A stretch of DNA of 42,478 nt from an uncultured archaeon. GTDB lineage: Archaea > Iainarchaeota > Iainarchaeia > Iainarchaeales > JAAZKV01. Positions 18,372 through 28,167 of the stretch are shown here, piece after piece. The notes under the pieces are model-generated. The model searched no databases. It had not been told where the DNA came from and was given only the letters and a program-made list of their open reading frames with translations. The stretch lies in assembly GCA_964402905.1 (NCBI GenBank), contig CAYODU010000002.1:1-42478 (forward strand), read 5' to 3'. The translations under genes and the position numbers were made by a program. Position 1 is the stretch's first letter. Every line of letters begins with the position of its first letter.

Positions 18372-18866
18372 TTGAAAAGAAAAAAGAATTCTTTTGATAA
18401 AAAGATTTTTGTATTTTTAATAAAGTTTTTCTTGATATTTTTTATTCTTAATACAATAATATCTTTTTTGGATTTTCAATGGTTGAATAATTTTGTTGCA
18501 GTGGTGGTTGCCACAATATCCTTTTCTACTAGTATTTCAAGCATTGTTTTTGTGGGGCAACAACAATTCATTATAACGAATTATTGCCTTGGTTTTGTTA
18601 GTATTGCAATGTTAGCTGCGCTAATATTTTCTCTTTCAAAACCGGATATAAGAAAAAAATTTGTTGTTTTTGTTTTAGGGGCAATCATTTTATTTATTTT
18701 GAACATATTTAGAATTGTTATGGTGTTGTTTTCTGCTAAAATTGGTTTTGATGCACAACTAATGCACACCCTTTCATGGTTTTTGATGAGTGCATTTGTT
18801 CTTTTGATATGGTTTTATCTAATGCTTTTCTTTTCAAAGAAAAAAATGTTATCAGATCTACTGTAA
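18372..18866 (+). CDS. Exosortase/archaeosortase family protein, short form
   Basis: 164-aa polytopic protein with ordered Cys (ITNYCLGF, C72), Arg (LNIFRIVM, R114) and His (LMHTLSWF, H132), each inside a successive hydrophobic segment. This is the family's signature arrangement. TTG start lies 5 nt after GGTGA, which overlaps the carS stop. Confidence 0.6.
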   Translation: MKRKKNSFDKKIFVFLIKFFLIFFILNTIISFLDFQWLNNFVAVVVATISFSTSISSIVFVGQQQFIITNYCLGFVSIAMLAALIFSLSKPDIRKKFVVFVLGAIILFILNIFRIVMVLFSAKIGFDAQLMHTLSWFLMSAFVLLIWFYLMLFFSKKKMLSDLL

Positions 18867-18936
18867 ACAGTTATGCGTTTCTTTTTTGTAGTGAAAGTTC
18901 TTAATTTTGAAAAGCATTTTTTGTAATTGTTACTCT

Positions 18937-20553
18937 CTATTCTTTTTCTTCAATGTTACCAACAATCTTTTCAATTATCTTTGTGAATGCTGGTCTAGTA
19001 ATGAATACTCCGATTAATGCTCCTACAATAGCAACTACTGCAAAGCCGTATAACTTATCTAAACCTGGATAATTTCTTGAGAATAAAACAATCGGGCCCA
19101 TTACACCAATTATTGTGAAAGCCGAAGTCATTATTATGAATAAAGCCGCTTTTGCTCTCTTAATAAGTGATTCGGTAGCCCCACCTTTTCTTCCAATTAT
19201 CTCATCAGTAATAACTATTTCTGAATCAACTCCGGTTCCTATTGCTGCGATTAATCCTGCGAAAGCAGCTAAGTCAAGTGGTCTTTGTGTTAGAGCAATG
19301 AAACCAAGGTTAAGAAGAACTTCGCTTGTACCAATAATAAATATTGGAATGATTAGTTTTATCATTCTGTATCTTATTGCTATTACTGCTCCAACTGTTA
19401 AAAAAGCAATTATTCCCATTAGGAATACATTTGTAAGGAATGATTCTCCGAGAGAAGGGGAGATAGTTTCTTTTGAAATACTTTTAACAGGGGTTGGTAA
19501 AGAACCGGATTCAAGCAAAACAGTTAGTTCTTCTAAATCGCTTCTTGCTTCTTCAACAGTTTCTCTTGTACCGCTTATTCTTAAATTACTAAAGCTTTTT
19601 GCTTGTGAAATATCTGTCACATCTTCATTTGTTATTCCTTCTGTTAAGCCAATTACTTGTTCTGCGTGCAACGCTCCCCAAATCCAAGCGATTCCATCTT
19701 CTTCTTTTTGCACAGTCACTTCAAATCCCGCATTTTTTAGTTCTTGAACAGCACCTGCTCCAAGATCAGGAGAAACAATAGCGTTCTTTGTCTGACCAAT
19801 TGCACTCGCTAAAACATTTGAATCAAAACCAGCTGGGTCATAAACTACCACATTTAGTTTTGAATCTTCTATTAATCCATCAATATCTGTTTGCTCTGGA
19901 ATTCCGCTTAATCTGTTTCCTATGTAAAGCAAACTCTGATCATTATCGTATTGGTCTTGTGTTAACACGATAAGTGCATCAGGTTTATCTAAAAAGAAAA
20001 TTGTTTTTTCGCATTCATAAACTGGTTTTCCATCAGTACCAAAAGAAACTGCGCTACATTGGTGGAAAGTTTTTTCTTTGAAACTTAGTGTTGCATTTTC
20101 ATTTAAAACAAATGGTAAACTCCACTCAAATAAAACTCCAGTTTTGAATACTCCGTAAGAATTATCTCCGCGCAAAACTTTTTTTATTTCATCTCCGGTG
20201 AAAACAATTTCTCCGTTTAAATTCGCTTCAAATTTTCCTTGTTGTCTTATACGCGATTCTATTTTTTCAAGTTCTATTGGATCTGTTTCCGAAACCTGTA
20301 TCATAATATATTGTGATCCAACTGGAGAAACAATTACATCTTTTAATCCTGAAGGATCTATCCTTTGTGAAATTATACTTGCTATTCTTGATATTTCATC
20401 ACCCGAAACAGGATTTTGTAATTCAACCTGATAAAGAGTTCCTCCTTCAAAATCAAGTCCTAGTTTTACTCCCATATTCATTATTATTCCAACAGCAATC
20501 AAAATTGCTCCGACAAGAAGCAGTATTCTCCAATACTTAATCAAAGGATTCAC
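18937..20553 (-). CDS. secD: Protein-export membrane protein SecD
   Basis: N-terminal TM helix then GLDFEGG, a large extracytoplasmic domain and a C-terminal 5-TM bundle. GTG start overlaps the secF stop (GTGA) and follows AAGGTGAG. Confidence 0.85.
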   Translation of the reverse strand: MNPLIKYWRILLLVGAILIAVGIIMNMGVKLGLDFEGGTLYQVELQNPVSGDEISRIASIISQRIDPSGLKDVIVSPVGSQYIMIQVSETDPIELEKIESRIRQQGKFEANLNGEIVFTGDEIKKVLRGDNSYGVFKTGVLFEWSLPFVLNENATLSFKEKTFHQCSAVSFGTDGKPVYECEKTIFFLDKPDALIVLTQDQYDNDQSLLYIGNRLSGIPEQTDIDGLIEDSKLNVVVYDPAGFDSNVLASAIGQTKNAIVSPDLGAGAVQELKNAGFEVTVQKEEDGIAWIWGALHAEQVIGLTEGITNEDVTDISQAKSFSNLRISGTRETVEEARSDLEELTVLLESGSLPTPVKSISKETISPSLGESFLTNVFLMGIIAFLTVGAVIAIRYRMIKLIIPIFIIGTSEVLLNLGFIALTQRPLDLAAFAGLIAAIGTGVDSEIVITDEIIGRKGGATESLIKRAKAALFIIMTSAFTIIGVMGPIVLFSRNYPGLDKLYGFAVVAIVGALIGVFITRPAFTKIIEKIVGNIEEKE

Positions 20554-21590
20554 TTTCTCACCTTTTCAACGAACCAAAGTAGTATTGGTGCATTCATTAA
20601 CCAAGTAGAAATAACGTCTCCAATTAAACCAAACAATAATATTGCAGCGATTTGGTAAATTACTTCGATTTGGTAAAAATAAGAAACGATTATCATTGCA
20701 ACAAGTGCTGCCAGAGTAGTTCCTGTCATTGTTAAACCAGTTTTCATTGAAGTAGTTGCCTTTTCTCCCGGAGAACCTGTTTTTCCTTTTAACATTCTTG
20801 ATGTTAGCATTATGTCTGTATCAACAGAGTAACCCACAAGCATTAGTAGTGCTGGAATTGTTGTAAGTGACATGGGTATTCCTAGTAAAGCCATTCCTGC
20901 TAATCCGGCAAGAACATCAAAAATCATTGCTTGAATTATTGCTATTGATGGAACAACTTGTCTGAATGCAAGGAAAATTATTACTACAATTACTATCATT
21001 CCTATTATTGAAATAAATATTGCTGATTGCATTGATGCTGCTCCAAGGGTAGGAGAAATTTCTCTTTTTTGGAATTCTACATCACTTCCTAAACCAAGTT
21101 TTTCAACTAAAACATTTTGTAATTTAACAGAAAAATCTTCTTTGTGTTTTGCCAGAGCATCTTGTGCCGCTAATAATGCTAATTTTGAATTACTGAATTC
21201 TTGTGCACTTCCGCCAAGTTTTTCTATAACTTGGTTTGAATAAGAAATTGAATCAATATCATTATCTAAATTCAATTCAGCTAAATTCAAAAGAGCCTCT
21301 GCTTCGCTTACAATAGGGTCTTTACTGTACTGTATGTATGCTCCGTATCCAGTTGGCGAAGCAATAGTTGATACTTTTAGATCAACAAGAGTGAATTCTT
21401 GTCCCAAAGATGAAACAATTTGTTGTTCTGACAGGGGGCTAGAAGAACGGACAATTAAAACGTTTCCTCCAGTTAAGTCAATTCCGGGGGTCAAACCTGG
21501 GAAAATTAAAATAAGTATTAGCATTGGTATGAGCAAAACGATTGGAACAATCATGTATTTTTTGTAGCGTTTGCCAAAATAGTCGTCCAT
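20550..21590 (-). CDS. secF: Protein-export membrane protein SecF
   Basis: TM1 then GIDLTGG, a periplasmic-type domain and a C-terminal TM bundle. Immediately upstream of secD, the archaeal secFD order. ATG 21590 (MDDYFGKRY) is preferred to the TTG at 21611. Confidence 0.8.
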   Translation of the reverse strand: MDDYFGKRYKKYMIVPIVLLIPMLILILIFPGLTPGIDLTGGNVLIVRSSSPLSEQQIVSSLGQEFTLVDLKVSTIASPTGYGAYIQYSKDPIVSEAEALLNLAELNLDNDIDSISYSNQVIEKLGGSAQEFSNSKLALLAAQDALAKHKEDFSVKLQNVLVEKLGLGSDVEFQKREISPTLGAASMQSAIFISIIGMIVIVVIIFLAFRQVVPSIAIIQAMIFDVLAGLAGMALLGIPMSLTTIPALLMLVGYSVDTDIMLTSRMLKGKTGSPGEKATTSMKTGLTMTGTTLAALVAMIIVSYFYQIEVIYQIAAILLFGLIGDVISTWLMNAPILLWFVEKVRK

Positions 21591-21761
21591 TAGAATCCGT
21601 CCGTGCCTCAATAGTTTAATAGTATAGATTAAAAACTTGCTAAGCCTTAAATATGTTATGGAAACGGCAAAAAAAGGGCGGTTTTGTATAAAAAGCGCAG
21701 TATTTTTTTGATTTTGTTTTCCAATTAAAATATAGTTTTTTTGTTTTTGGATGTATCTTGT

Positions 21762-22733
21762 ATGAATTTAAAGTATCTTGAAAAGCCAAGCGTTTTGATT
21801 GATGCGGCTTTTTCCCGCGGAAGAAAAGCAGCGGCAAATTACAAAGATCAAAAAACTTCTTTTTATACCATTAAAGGAAAAGAAATTGCACGAATCGATG
21901 CGTCTTATGAGTACATTGAAAGTGTTTTATCAAAAACAGTTAAAGAATTTCCAAGTATAGATAAGTTACCGCTTTTTTATCATGATTTATTTGAAATAAT
22001 AATTGATATTAATGAAATTAGGAAAGCACTTTCAAGTATGACATCTGTTTTGAGATTAATGAAAAATATTCGAAGAGAACAGATAATAAAATTAAAGGAA
22101 TTAAAATTTGAAAAAAATGCTGTGAAAACTGCTAAAGATTTTTCAAAGGTTTATTTTGGTAGAACAACTTCAATGCTCAATGGGCTTTCAAAACAGATTG
22201 AGGTTTATAATGATGCAATAAAAAAACTTCGCGAATTACCTGCAATAAAAACAGAGGAAGAAACATATTTTTTGGCAGGAATGCCTAATGCAGGAAAAAG
22301 TACTTTGCTTTCTAAGGTAACTTCTTCAAAACCAAAGGTGGCAGCATATCCTTTCACTACAAAAGGACTTAATGTGGGGCACTTTTTCAGAAAATATTTT
22401 CCAGTGCAAATAATTGATACGCCGGGTTTGCTTGATAGGCCTCTAAATAAAAGAAATAAAATTGAATTAAGGGCAATAACTGCATTCCAACATTTGAAGG
22501 GAACAATCATTTTTGTTGTTGATCCAATGGAGAACATTAAAGAACAAAAGAATTTGTTTGATGAATTAAGAAAGCTTTTTACAAACCAAGGTTTTTTTGT
22601 AGTAATAAATAAAACAGATATTTCTTCTGAAGAACAAATTAGTGAAGCTAAAAATACTTTCAAGGATTTTTTTGTTTTGCTTGAAGGAAAAGATACAAAT
22701 AATCTAAAAGAAGAATTGTTGAAGATTAAATAA
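21762..22733 (+). CDS. NOG1-family GTP-binding protein
   Basis: NOG1-type N-terminal helical domain followed by G1 GMPNAGKST, G2 FTT, G3 DTPG and G4 NKTD. ATG 21762 lies about 27 nt after the TATA-like aattaaaatata. Confidence 0.85.
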   Translation: MNLKYLEKPSVLIDAAFSRGRKAAANYKDQKTSFYTIKGKEIARIDASYEYIESVLSKTVKEFPSIDKLPLFYHDLFEIIIDINEIRKALSSMTSVLRLMKNIRREQIIKLKELKFEKNAVKTAKDFSKVYFGRTTSMLNGLSKQIEVYNDAIKKLRELPAIKTEEETYFLAGMPNAGKSTLLSKVTSSKPKVAAYPFTTKGLNVGHFFRKYFPVQIIDTPGLLDRPLNKRNKIELRAITAFQHLKGTIIFVVDPMENIKEQKNLFDELRKLFTNQGFFVVINKTDISSEEQISEAKNTFKDFFVLLEGKDTNNLKEELLKIK

Positions 22734-22744
22734 TTTTCAAAAGC

Positions 22745-22777
22745 AGAGTCTTATACATAATAAGAACTCTTGTTTTT
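22745..22777 (+). terminator. Imperfect hairpin plus T-run after the NOG1 gene
   Basis: agagtctta / taagaactct arms (one bulged base) around the loop tacataa, followed by tgttttt. Confidence 0.3.
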
Positions 22778-22896
22778 GCCTTCAATAAGTTTCCTTCTCT
22801 TTTTTTGCAAGACTTCTTTTAAAAAACCTTACTATTTTATCTTCTATTGGCCACGCGAATCTTAATTTATTTTTTCGCTTGCAGCCGGTGTTTGTT

Positions 22897-23136
22897 ATGA
22901 ATGAAATCATAGAAATAATGGAAGAAATCCTTGATGATCGGACAGTTCCGAGAAATATCAGGGCAAAAGTAGAAGAAGCTGTTTTGAAAGTAAAGCAGGA
23001 AACTGTTACTACTCTTAGTGAAGCAGTCTATCTTTTGGACGACATTAGTAATGACGTTAATATGCCGGAGCATACAAGAACCGAAATTTGGCACGCAATA
23101 TCATTGGTAGAAGCTGCCAAAGAAAAAATGAAGTAA
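22897..23136 (+). CDS. UPF0147 family protein (small archaeal helical protein)
   Basis: DDRTVPRNIRAKVEEA ... LLDDISNDVNMPEHTRTEIW matches the archaeal UPF0147 pattern; 79 aa from ATG 22897. Confidence 0.75.
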   Translation: MNEIIEIMEEILDDRTVPRNIRAKVEEAVLKVKQETVTTLSEAVYLLDDISNDVNMPEHTRTEIWHAISLVEAAKEKMK

Positions 23137-23174
23137 AAAAATTCTGGTGGCCAACAATTAATTGGTGTTGTTGG

Positions 23175-24704
23175 TTGGAAAAAGCTCAAGAAATTTTGTC
23201 CTATGCTGAAACGAAAAATATTGTTATATCAAAGAACGCTGTTTCTATTCTTGAAAAAGAAAATGAGTGGAAAAGATTTTTGGATGAACTAACCGAAGAA
23301 GGAAAATTTTTTATTGATCCAAAAACATTGGAAACAAAGCTCAGACACACAAAGCTATCTCATACAATTGAAGAAGTCGAAATAAGAAAAACTCGTTTTA
23401 ATGCACAAGCAAAGGAAAGAGCACCTAATTTTCGTGTAATGGAAGAATATGATGTTACAGGAAAAAGCATTTCTGAGGGAAAAGTCGGTGACTTTCTAAA
23501 GCTTTTTAGAAGCAAATTTAAGTTGTTATCGGATATGCTAAGAGAAAGGCACAATCTTGCTCCTGTTGAATTAAGCCACTTAAAATCAGTTCCAAAAAAT
23601 CAAAATGTTGATGTAATTGGAATAGTAAATAAGAAGTGGACAACAAAAAATAATAATATTGCTTATGAAATTGAGGATCTTGAAACAAAATGCATAGTAC
23701 TTGTAATGGAAAAAGAGAAGGAGCTTATACGCAAAGCAGAGAGAATACTTGAGGATAATGTTGTGGGAATCAAAGGAACAAAAATTGGAGATGGCTTTAT
23801 TATAATAAAAGAAATTTATTGGCCGGACATGCCGATTGCATCGCCTAAATTACTAAGTGAAGAAGTTTATTCAGGTGGAACAAGTGATTTTCATGTGGGC
23901 AGTAACTTTTTCTTGGAGGACGCAGTAAAAAAGTGGATTGATTATTTAAATGGAAAAGGCTTAGAAGGAAAAAGACTTGAGAAAATAGGTAAGCTTCAAT
24001 ACTTATTTGTAAACGGAGACAATGTTGCTGGCATAGGAATTTATCCGGGACAGATTGATGATTTAGTAATAAAAGATATTTACAAGCAATATGAAAAGTT
24101 TGAGGAAATAATGTTGCAGATTCCGGAGTACATACAAGTTTTTATTTGTCCTGGACAGCACGATGCTGTTAGGCGAGCTGAACCACAGCCAGCTATTCCA
24201 GAAGAGTTTGTTCCAAGATTAAGCAAACTAAGAAACTTTCATTTTATTTCTTCTCCATCATGGGTAGAAACAGAGGGAATCAAAAATCTTGTTTATCATG
24301 GTCCAAGTGTACATGATTTGATAAGTAGTGTTAGTTTTCTTGATATGAATAAACCCCAAGATGGAATGGTTGAACTATTAAAGAAAAGAGATTTGATGCC
24401 AAAGTATGGTGGAAAAAATCCTTATGTTCCCGAAGGAAGAGATTATATGGTAATAAAAGAAATTCCTGATTTAGTGTGGATGGGGGATATGCACCATAAT
24501 GGTTATGCAACTTATCGCGGAGCAACAGTAATTAATGGAGGCTGTTGGGAAGCTCAAACAGATTTTCAAAAAAAGATAGGGCATCATCCAACACCCGGTG
24601 TTTTTCCTATGATTAATCTTAAGAATCGGCAGATATCCGAAGTTTATTTTATGCGCGATAATATTGAAAGAGATGTATCAACAGAAGAGGGGGTTATTCA
24701 ATGA
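23175..24704 (+). CDS. polB: DNA polymerase II (PolD) small subunit DP1 (3'-5' exonuclease)
   Basis: Calcineurin-like phosphoesterase motifs DFHVGS, NGDNVAG, PGQHD and GDMHHNG, with an OB-fold-like middle part. No in-frame ATG lies near the N-terminus. TTG 23175 (MEKAQEILSYAE) with GGTG 8 nt upstream is my best start; the track start 23088 would overlap UPF0147. Confidence 0.88.
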   Translation: MEKAQEILSYAETKNIVISKNAVSILEKENEWKRFLDELTEEGKFFIDPKTLETKLRHTKLSHTIEEVEIRKTRFNAQAKERAPNFRVMEEYDVTGKSISEGKVGDFLKLFRSKFKLLSDMLRERHNLAPVELSHLKSVPKNQNVDVIGIVNKKWTTKNNNIAYEIEDLETKCIVLVMEKEKELIRKAERILEDNVVGIKGTKIGDGFIIIKEIYWPDMPIASPKLLSEEVYSGGTSDFHVGSNFFLEDAVKKWIDYLNGKGLEGKRLEKIGKLQYLFVNGDNVAGIGIYPGQIDDLVIKDIYKQYEKFEEIMLQIPEYIQVFICPGQHDAVRRAEPQPAIPEEFVPRLSKLRNFHFISSPSWVETEGIKNLVYHGPSVHDLISSVSFLDMNKPQDGMVELLKKRDLMPKYGGKNPYVPEGRDYMVIKEIPDLVWMGDMHHNGYATYRGATVINGGCWEAQTDFQKKIGHHPTPGVFPMINLKNRQISEVYFMRDNIERDVSTEEGVIQ

Positions 24705-27700
24705 CCGAAATAAAAAAAGATTTTGATGTGAAAGCCCCTTTACGCATAAAAAAGTATTTCAAGAATATGCGAGAAAAAATAAATGTTGAATACGATATTG
24801 CAAAAAAAGCTAAGGCAAAAGGATTTGATGTAAGCACTGAAATAGAAATGACTCCGGCAGTGGATTTAGCTGATAGAGTAGAAACACTTATTGGGCTTGA
24901 GGGACTTGCTAAGCGATACAGAGAAGTACTTCCCACATGTGGAGATGATAGAAGAAAAACATATTTCCAATTGTTTAGAGAAATAATGGAACAAAAGTGG
25001 TGCAAAATACCCGATCCACAAAAAAGACTTGAAATAGGAATTAAGTCTTGCTTGTTAATTGAAACAGAAGGAGTTGTTGTTGCTCCGCTTGATGGATTGC
25101 CGCGGGTTGAAATAAATAAGAATCCAGATGGCAGCAAATATGTTGATATTTTTTTTGCAGGGCCAATACGTGCTGCTGGTGGTTCTTCAACAGTAATACC
25201 GTTGATTTTAGGAGACTATGGAAGAACTCTTCTTGGTCTTGACAAATACAAACCCACACAAGATGAAATTGAAAGATATGTTGAAGAAATAGATATTTAT
25301 CAAACAGAAATAATTTCTAGACAATACAAATTACCTGCTGAAGAGATAAGAATAATTGTAAAAAATTGTCCAGTTTGTGTTAATGGTGTTCCTACTGAAG
25401 AAGAAGAAGTATCGGTTCATAGAGATCTTGCAAGAATCCCCACTAATCGTGTGCGCGGTGGAATGGGTTTAGTAATCGCTGAAGGGCTTGCACTAAAAGC
25501 ACTTTGGGTAATGAAAACTGCTAAACAACACGGACTTAATTGGGATTTCCTTGAAAAAATAGTTAAAGTTGAGAAAACACAAACCACAATTGAAATCAAA
25601 CCAAATAACAAAATTCTTGATGGTTTAGCCGCAGGAAGACCAATACTTGGTTATCCGGGGCGATGGGGTGGCTTTCGTATACGATATGGTAGAGGAAGAA
25701 ATACCGGTATAATGGCCAAGGCGATCAATCCCGCATCAATGATAGTTTTTGATGAGTTTATTGCTGTGGGTACACACGGAAAAATAGAGCGTCCTGGGAA
25801 AGCAACACAATTTTTTCCATGTGATATTATAGATGGGCCCATAGTACTGCTAAAAGACGGCGCAGTAAGAAGATTGAACAATACTATTGATGCTGAGAAT
25901 GTAAAATCAAGAATAGACAAAATTCTTTATATTGGAGATTTGCTGACAACCTATGGTGATTATAGAAAAAGTGCTCACCCACTGGTGCCAAGTGGATATG
26001 TTGAAGAATGGTGGAAACTTGAGCTAAAAAAACTTTCTAGAGAAAAAAATCTTTCTGAAAAATTTAATTTGGAAAAATTTTTTAATAATCCTTTTGATGT
26101 TACTGAAGAAGAAGCAATTTTTCTTTCGCGTGAAACCAAAATTTCGCTTCATCCAAAATATATTCATTACTATAAAGCGCTAAATGGAAAAGAAATAATG
26201 GAACTTCATAATTTCTTTTTGAGTTCAGAAATAATAGAAGAGAAAAGTGAAAACGAAAATGGGAATAGTGTAAAAACAAAAATTCTTCTAGAAAATAAAG
26301 AAAAAGAAAAAAAGTTGCTTGAGAAAATCGGTTTGCCTCATTACATTGAAAAAGAAAAAATAGTGATTGATGAATTTGCAAAAACAATAATTGAAACTTT
26401 TTCCATAAAAGAAAAAAAAGAAAGTAGTTCAGAGGATGTTCTTGAATATTTGTCACAGATAAGTGGTCTTGTAATAAGAGACAAATCAGGCACATTTATT
26501 GGCGGAAGAATGGGTCGCCCAGAACAAGCAAAGCCAAGACAAATGAAAGGAAATCCTCATGTATTATTTCCAATCGGTTTGAAAGGTGGGAGCACAAGAA
26601 GCATAAACAAAGCCATTGATATGAATAATAATGAGTTTGGGGGAGTCAAAGTTGAAACAGCAAAATATTATTGTGTAAAATGCAAAAAAGAAATTTTTTC
26701 ACCTTATTGCGCCGAATGTGGGGAAAGAACAGTCCGAATGAATTATTGTAAAGCATGTAAAAAAAGTGTTATTGGTTCACAATGTAAGCGGTGCGGGGCA
26801 ACATCAGTTCTTTCCGGAGAAGAAGAAGTGCCTCTGCGCGAAATGTTTGAAAAAGCAAAAAACAATCTAAGAGTAAGCATTCCTGATATAGTTAAAGGGG
26901 TAAAAGGAATGATTTCAGATTCAAAGGAATGTGAGCCGATTGAAAAAGGTATTTTGAGGGCACGACAAAATATACATATCTTTCGTGACGGAACATCTCG
27001 TTTTGAACTTTTGAATGCAACAATAACTCACTTCAAACCCAGAGAAATTAATCTTAGTGTTGAAAAAGTAAAAGAACTTGGATACACAAAAGATTATTTT
27101 GGAGAAGAGATAACTGATGACGAACAACTAATAGAAATTTTTCCACAAGATATTATTGTAAATGAAACTTGTGGGGATTGGTTACTAAGTGTTTCAAAAT
27201 TTATTGATGAATTGCTTGAAAAATTTTACAAAGAAAAGACACATTATAATGCTAAGACAAAAGAAGATTTAATTGGTGCGCTTGTTTTGGGGCTTGCTCC
27301 ACACACATCAGCAGCAGTTGCTTCAAGAATACTTGGTTATACAAAGGCAAGACTTGGTTTTGGGCACCCGTATTTTGTTTGTGCTAAAAGAAGAAATGTT
27401 GATGGAGACCAGGATTCGATAATGCTTTTGATGGACGGTTTATTGAATTTTTCTAAAAAATATTTGGCAAATAGAAACGGTGGCAAAATGGACGCGCCAA
27501 TTGTATTTTCAATAATAATAAATCCGACTGAAGTTGATGCCGAAGTATATGAAATGGAAACATGTGCTGAGTATCCACTTGATTTCTATGAAAAATCATC
27601 AAAGATTTGCGAGCCTTTCCTTGATAATATCAGCATAGTAAAAGATAATCTTGGAAAAGAAAGCCAGTACACAGAAATCGGTTTTACTCATAGCACTGAT

Positions 27701-27934
27701 ACTTTTGATGAAGGGCCAAAGACTTCGCGTTATATACAGTTAAAAACAATGGAAGAAAAAATTCAGCGCCAAAATGCTTTACAGAAAAAAATAGTTGCTG
27801 TTGATACAAAAGATTGTTTGGAGAGAGTGATGGGTTCGCACTTTTTGCCAGATATAATAGGAAATGCAAGAGCATTTTCGCGTCAGACATTTAGGTGCAC
27901 CAATTGTAATGAAAAATATAAAGAATTCCTCTAA
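24701..27934 (+). CDS. polC: DNA polymerase II (PolD) large subunit DP2, main frame ending prematurely at a frameshift
   Basis: ATGA overlap with DP1. N-terminus KKYFKNMREKINVEYDIAKKAKAKGFD, clustered Zn-finger Cys motifs (CVKCKKE..CAECGE..CKACKK..CKRCG) and the catalytic region VDGDQDS. The frame stops right after the first CxxC of the terminal zinc finger (FRCTNCNEKYKEFL*). Confidence 0.93.
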   Translation: MTEIKKDFDVKAPLRIKKYFKNMREKINVEYDIAKKAKAKGFDVSTEIEMTPAVDLADRVETLIGLEGLAKRYREVLPTCGDDRRKTYFQLFREIMEQKWCKIPDPQKRLEIGIKSCLLIETEGVVVAPLDGLPRVEINKNPDGSKYVDIFFAGPIRAAGGSSTVIPLILGDYGRTLLGLDKYKPTQDEIERYVEEIDIYQTEIISRQYKLPAEEIRIIVKNCPVCVNGVPTEEEEVSVHRDLARIPTNRVRGGMGLVIAEGLALKALWVMKTAKQHGLNWDFLEKIVKVEKTQTTIEIKPNNKILDGLAAGRPILGYPGRWGGFRIRYGRGRNTGIMAKAINPASMIVFDEFIAVGTHGKIERPGKATQFFPCDIIDGPIVLLKDGAVRRLNNTIDAENVKSRIDKILYIGDLLTTYGDYRKSAHPLVPSGYVEEWWKLELKKLSREKNLSEKFNLEKFFNNPFDVTEEEAIFLSRETKISLHPKYIHYYKALNGKEIMELHNFFLSSEIIEEKSENENGNSVKTKILLENKEKEKKLLEKIGLPHYIEKEKIVIDEFAKTIIETFSIKEKKESSSEDVLEYLSQISGLVIRDKSGTFIGGRMGRPEQAKPRQMKGNPHVLFPIGLKGGSTRSINKAIDMNNNEFGGVKVETAKYYCVKCKKEIFSPYCAECGERTVRMNYCKACKKSVIGSQCKRCGATSVLSGEEEVPLREMFEKAKNNLRVSIPDIVKGVKGMISDSKECEPIEKGILRARQNIHIFRDGTSRFELLNATITHFKPREINLSVEKVKELGYTKDYFGEEITDDEQLIEIFPQDIIVNETCGDWLLSVSKFIDELLEKFYKEKTHYNAKTKEDLIGALVLGLAPHTSAAVASRILGYTKARLGFGHPYFVCAKRRNVDGDQDSIMLLMDGLLNFSKKYLANRNGGKMDAPIVFSIIINPTEVDAEVYEMETCAEYPLDFYEKSSKICEPFLDNISIVKDNLGKESQYTEIGFTHSTDTFDEGPKTSRYIQLKTMEEKIQRQNALQKKIVAVDTKDCLERVMGSHFLPDIIGNARAFSRQTFRCTNCNEKYKEFL

Positions 27935-28146
27935 GTGGTCGCTGTTATAAATGTGGAAAAGAAACAATAATACTTACAATACATCAGGGATCTGTTAGAA
28001 AATATCTCAAGATTGCACAGAATATGGCTCGCCAAGAACACTTGTCAGATTATCTAATACAAAGACTTGATATGATTGAAAAAGAAATTGATTCAGTATT
28101 CAAAAATGAGAAAGTTGATCAAAAATCATTGTTTGAATTTGTTTAA
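27922..28146 (+). CDS. polC: C-terminal segment of PolD DP2 in the -1 frame (continuation of 24701..27934)
   Basis: The -1 frame reads RIPLSGRCYKCGKETIILTIHQGSVRKYLKIAQNM...LFEFV*. This is the expected continuation (..CN.KY.R.PL.G.C..CG...LT...G.V.KYL) of the DP2 C-terminus and has no start codon of its own. Confidence 0.85.
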   Translation, partial: RIPLSGRCYKCGKETIILTIHQGSVRKYLKIAQNMARQEHLSDYLIQRLDMIEKEIDSVFKNEKVDQKSLFEFV

Positions 28147-28167
28147 ACAAATAGTTTTGGTGAATTT

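Noticed and set aside
19115-21567. Plus-strand ORFs inside secD/secF (for example 19115..19747, 210 aa)
   Set aside because: These are mirror frames of hydrophobic membrane-protein genes. The SecD/SecF motifs and the GTGA-coupled gene pair on the minus strand account for the region.
21640-21837. 65-aa minus-strand ORF in the secF/NOG1 divergent spacer
   Set aside because: It overlaps the NOG1 start and its promoter, has no SD, and its composition is that of AT-rich spacer translated by chance.
24694-27967. Antisense ORFs within PolD DP2 (24694..25137, 25041..25259, 25417..25611, 25651..25920, 26100..26495, 26921..27127, 27684..27890, 27779..27967)
   Set aside because: They lie opposite a continuous, motif-rich DP2 reading frame, and none has recognisable features.
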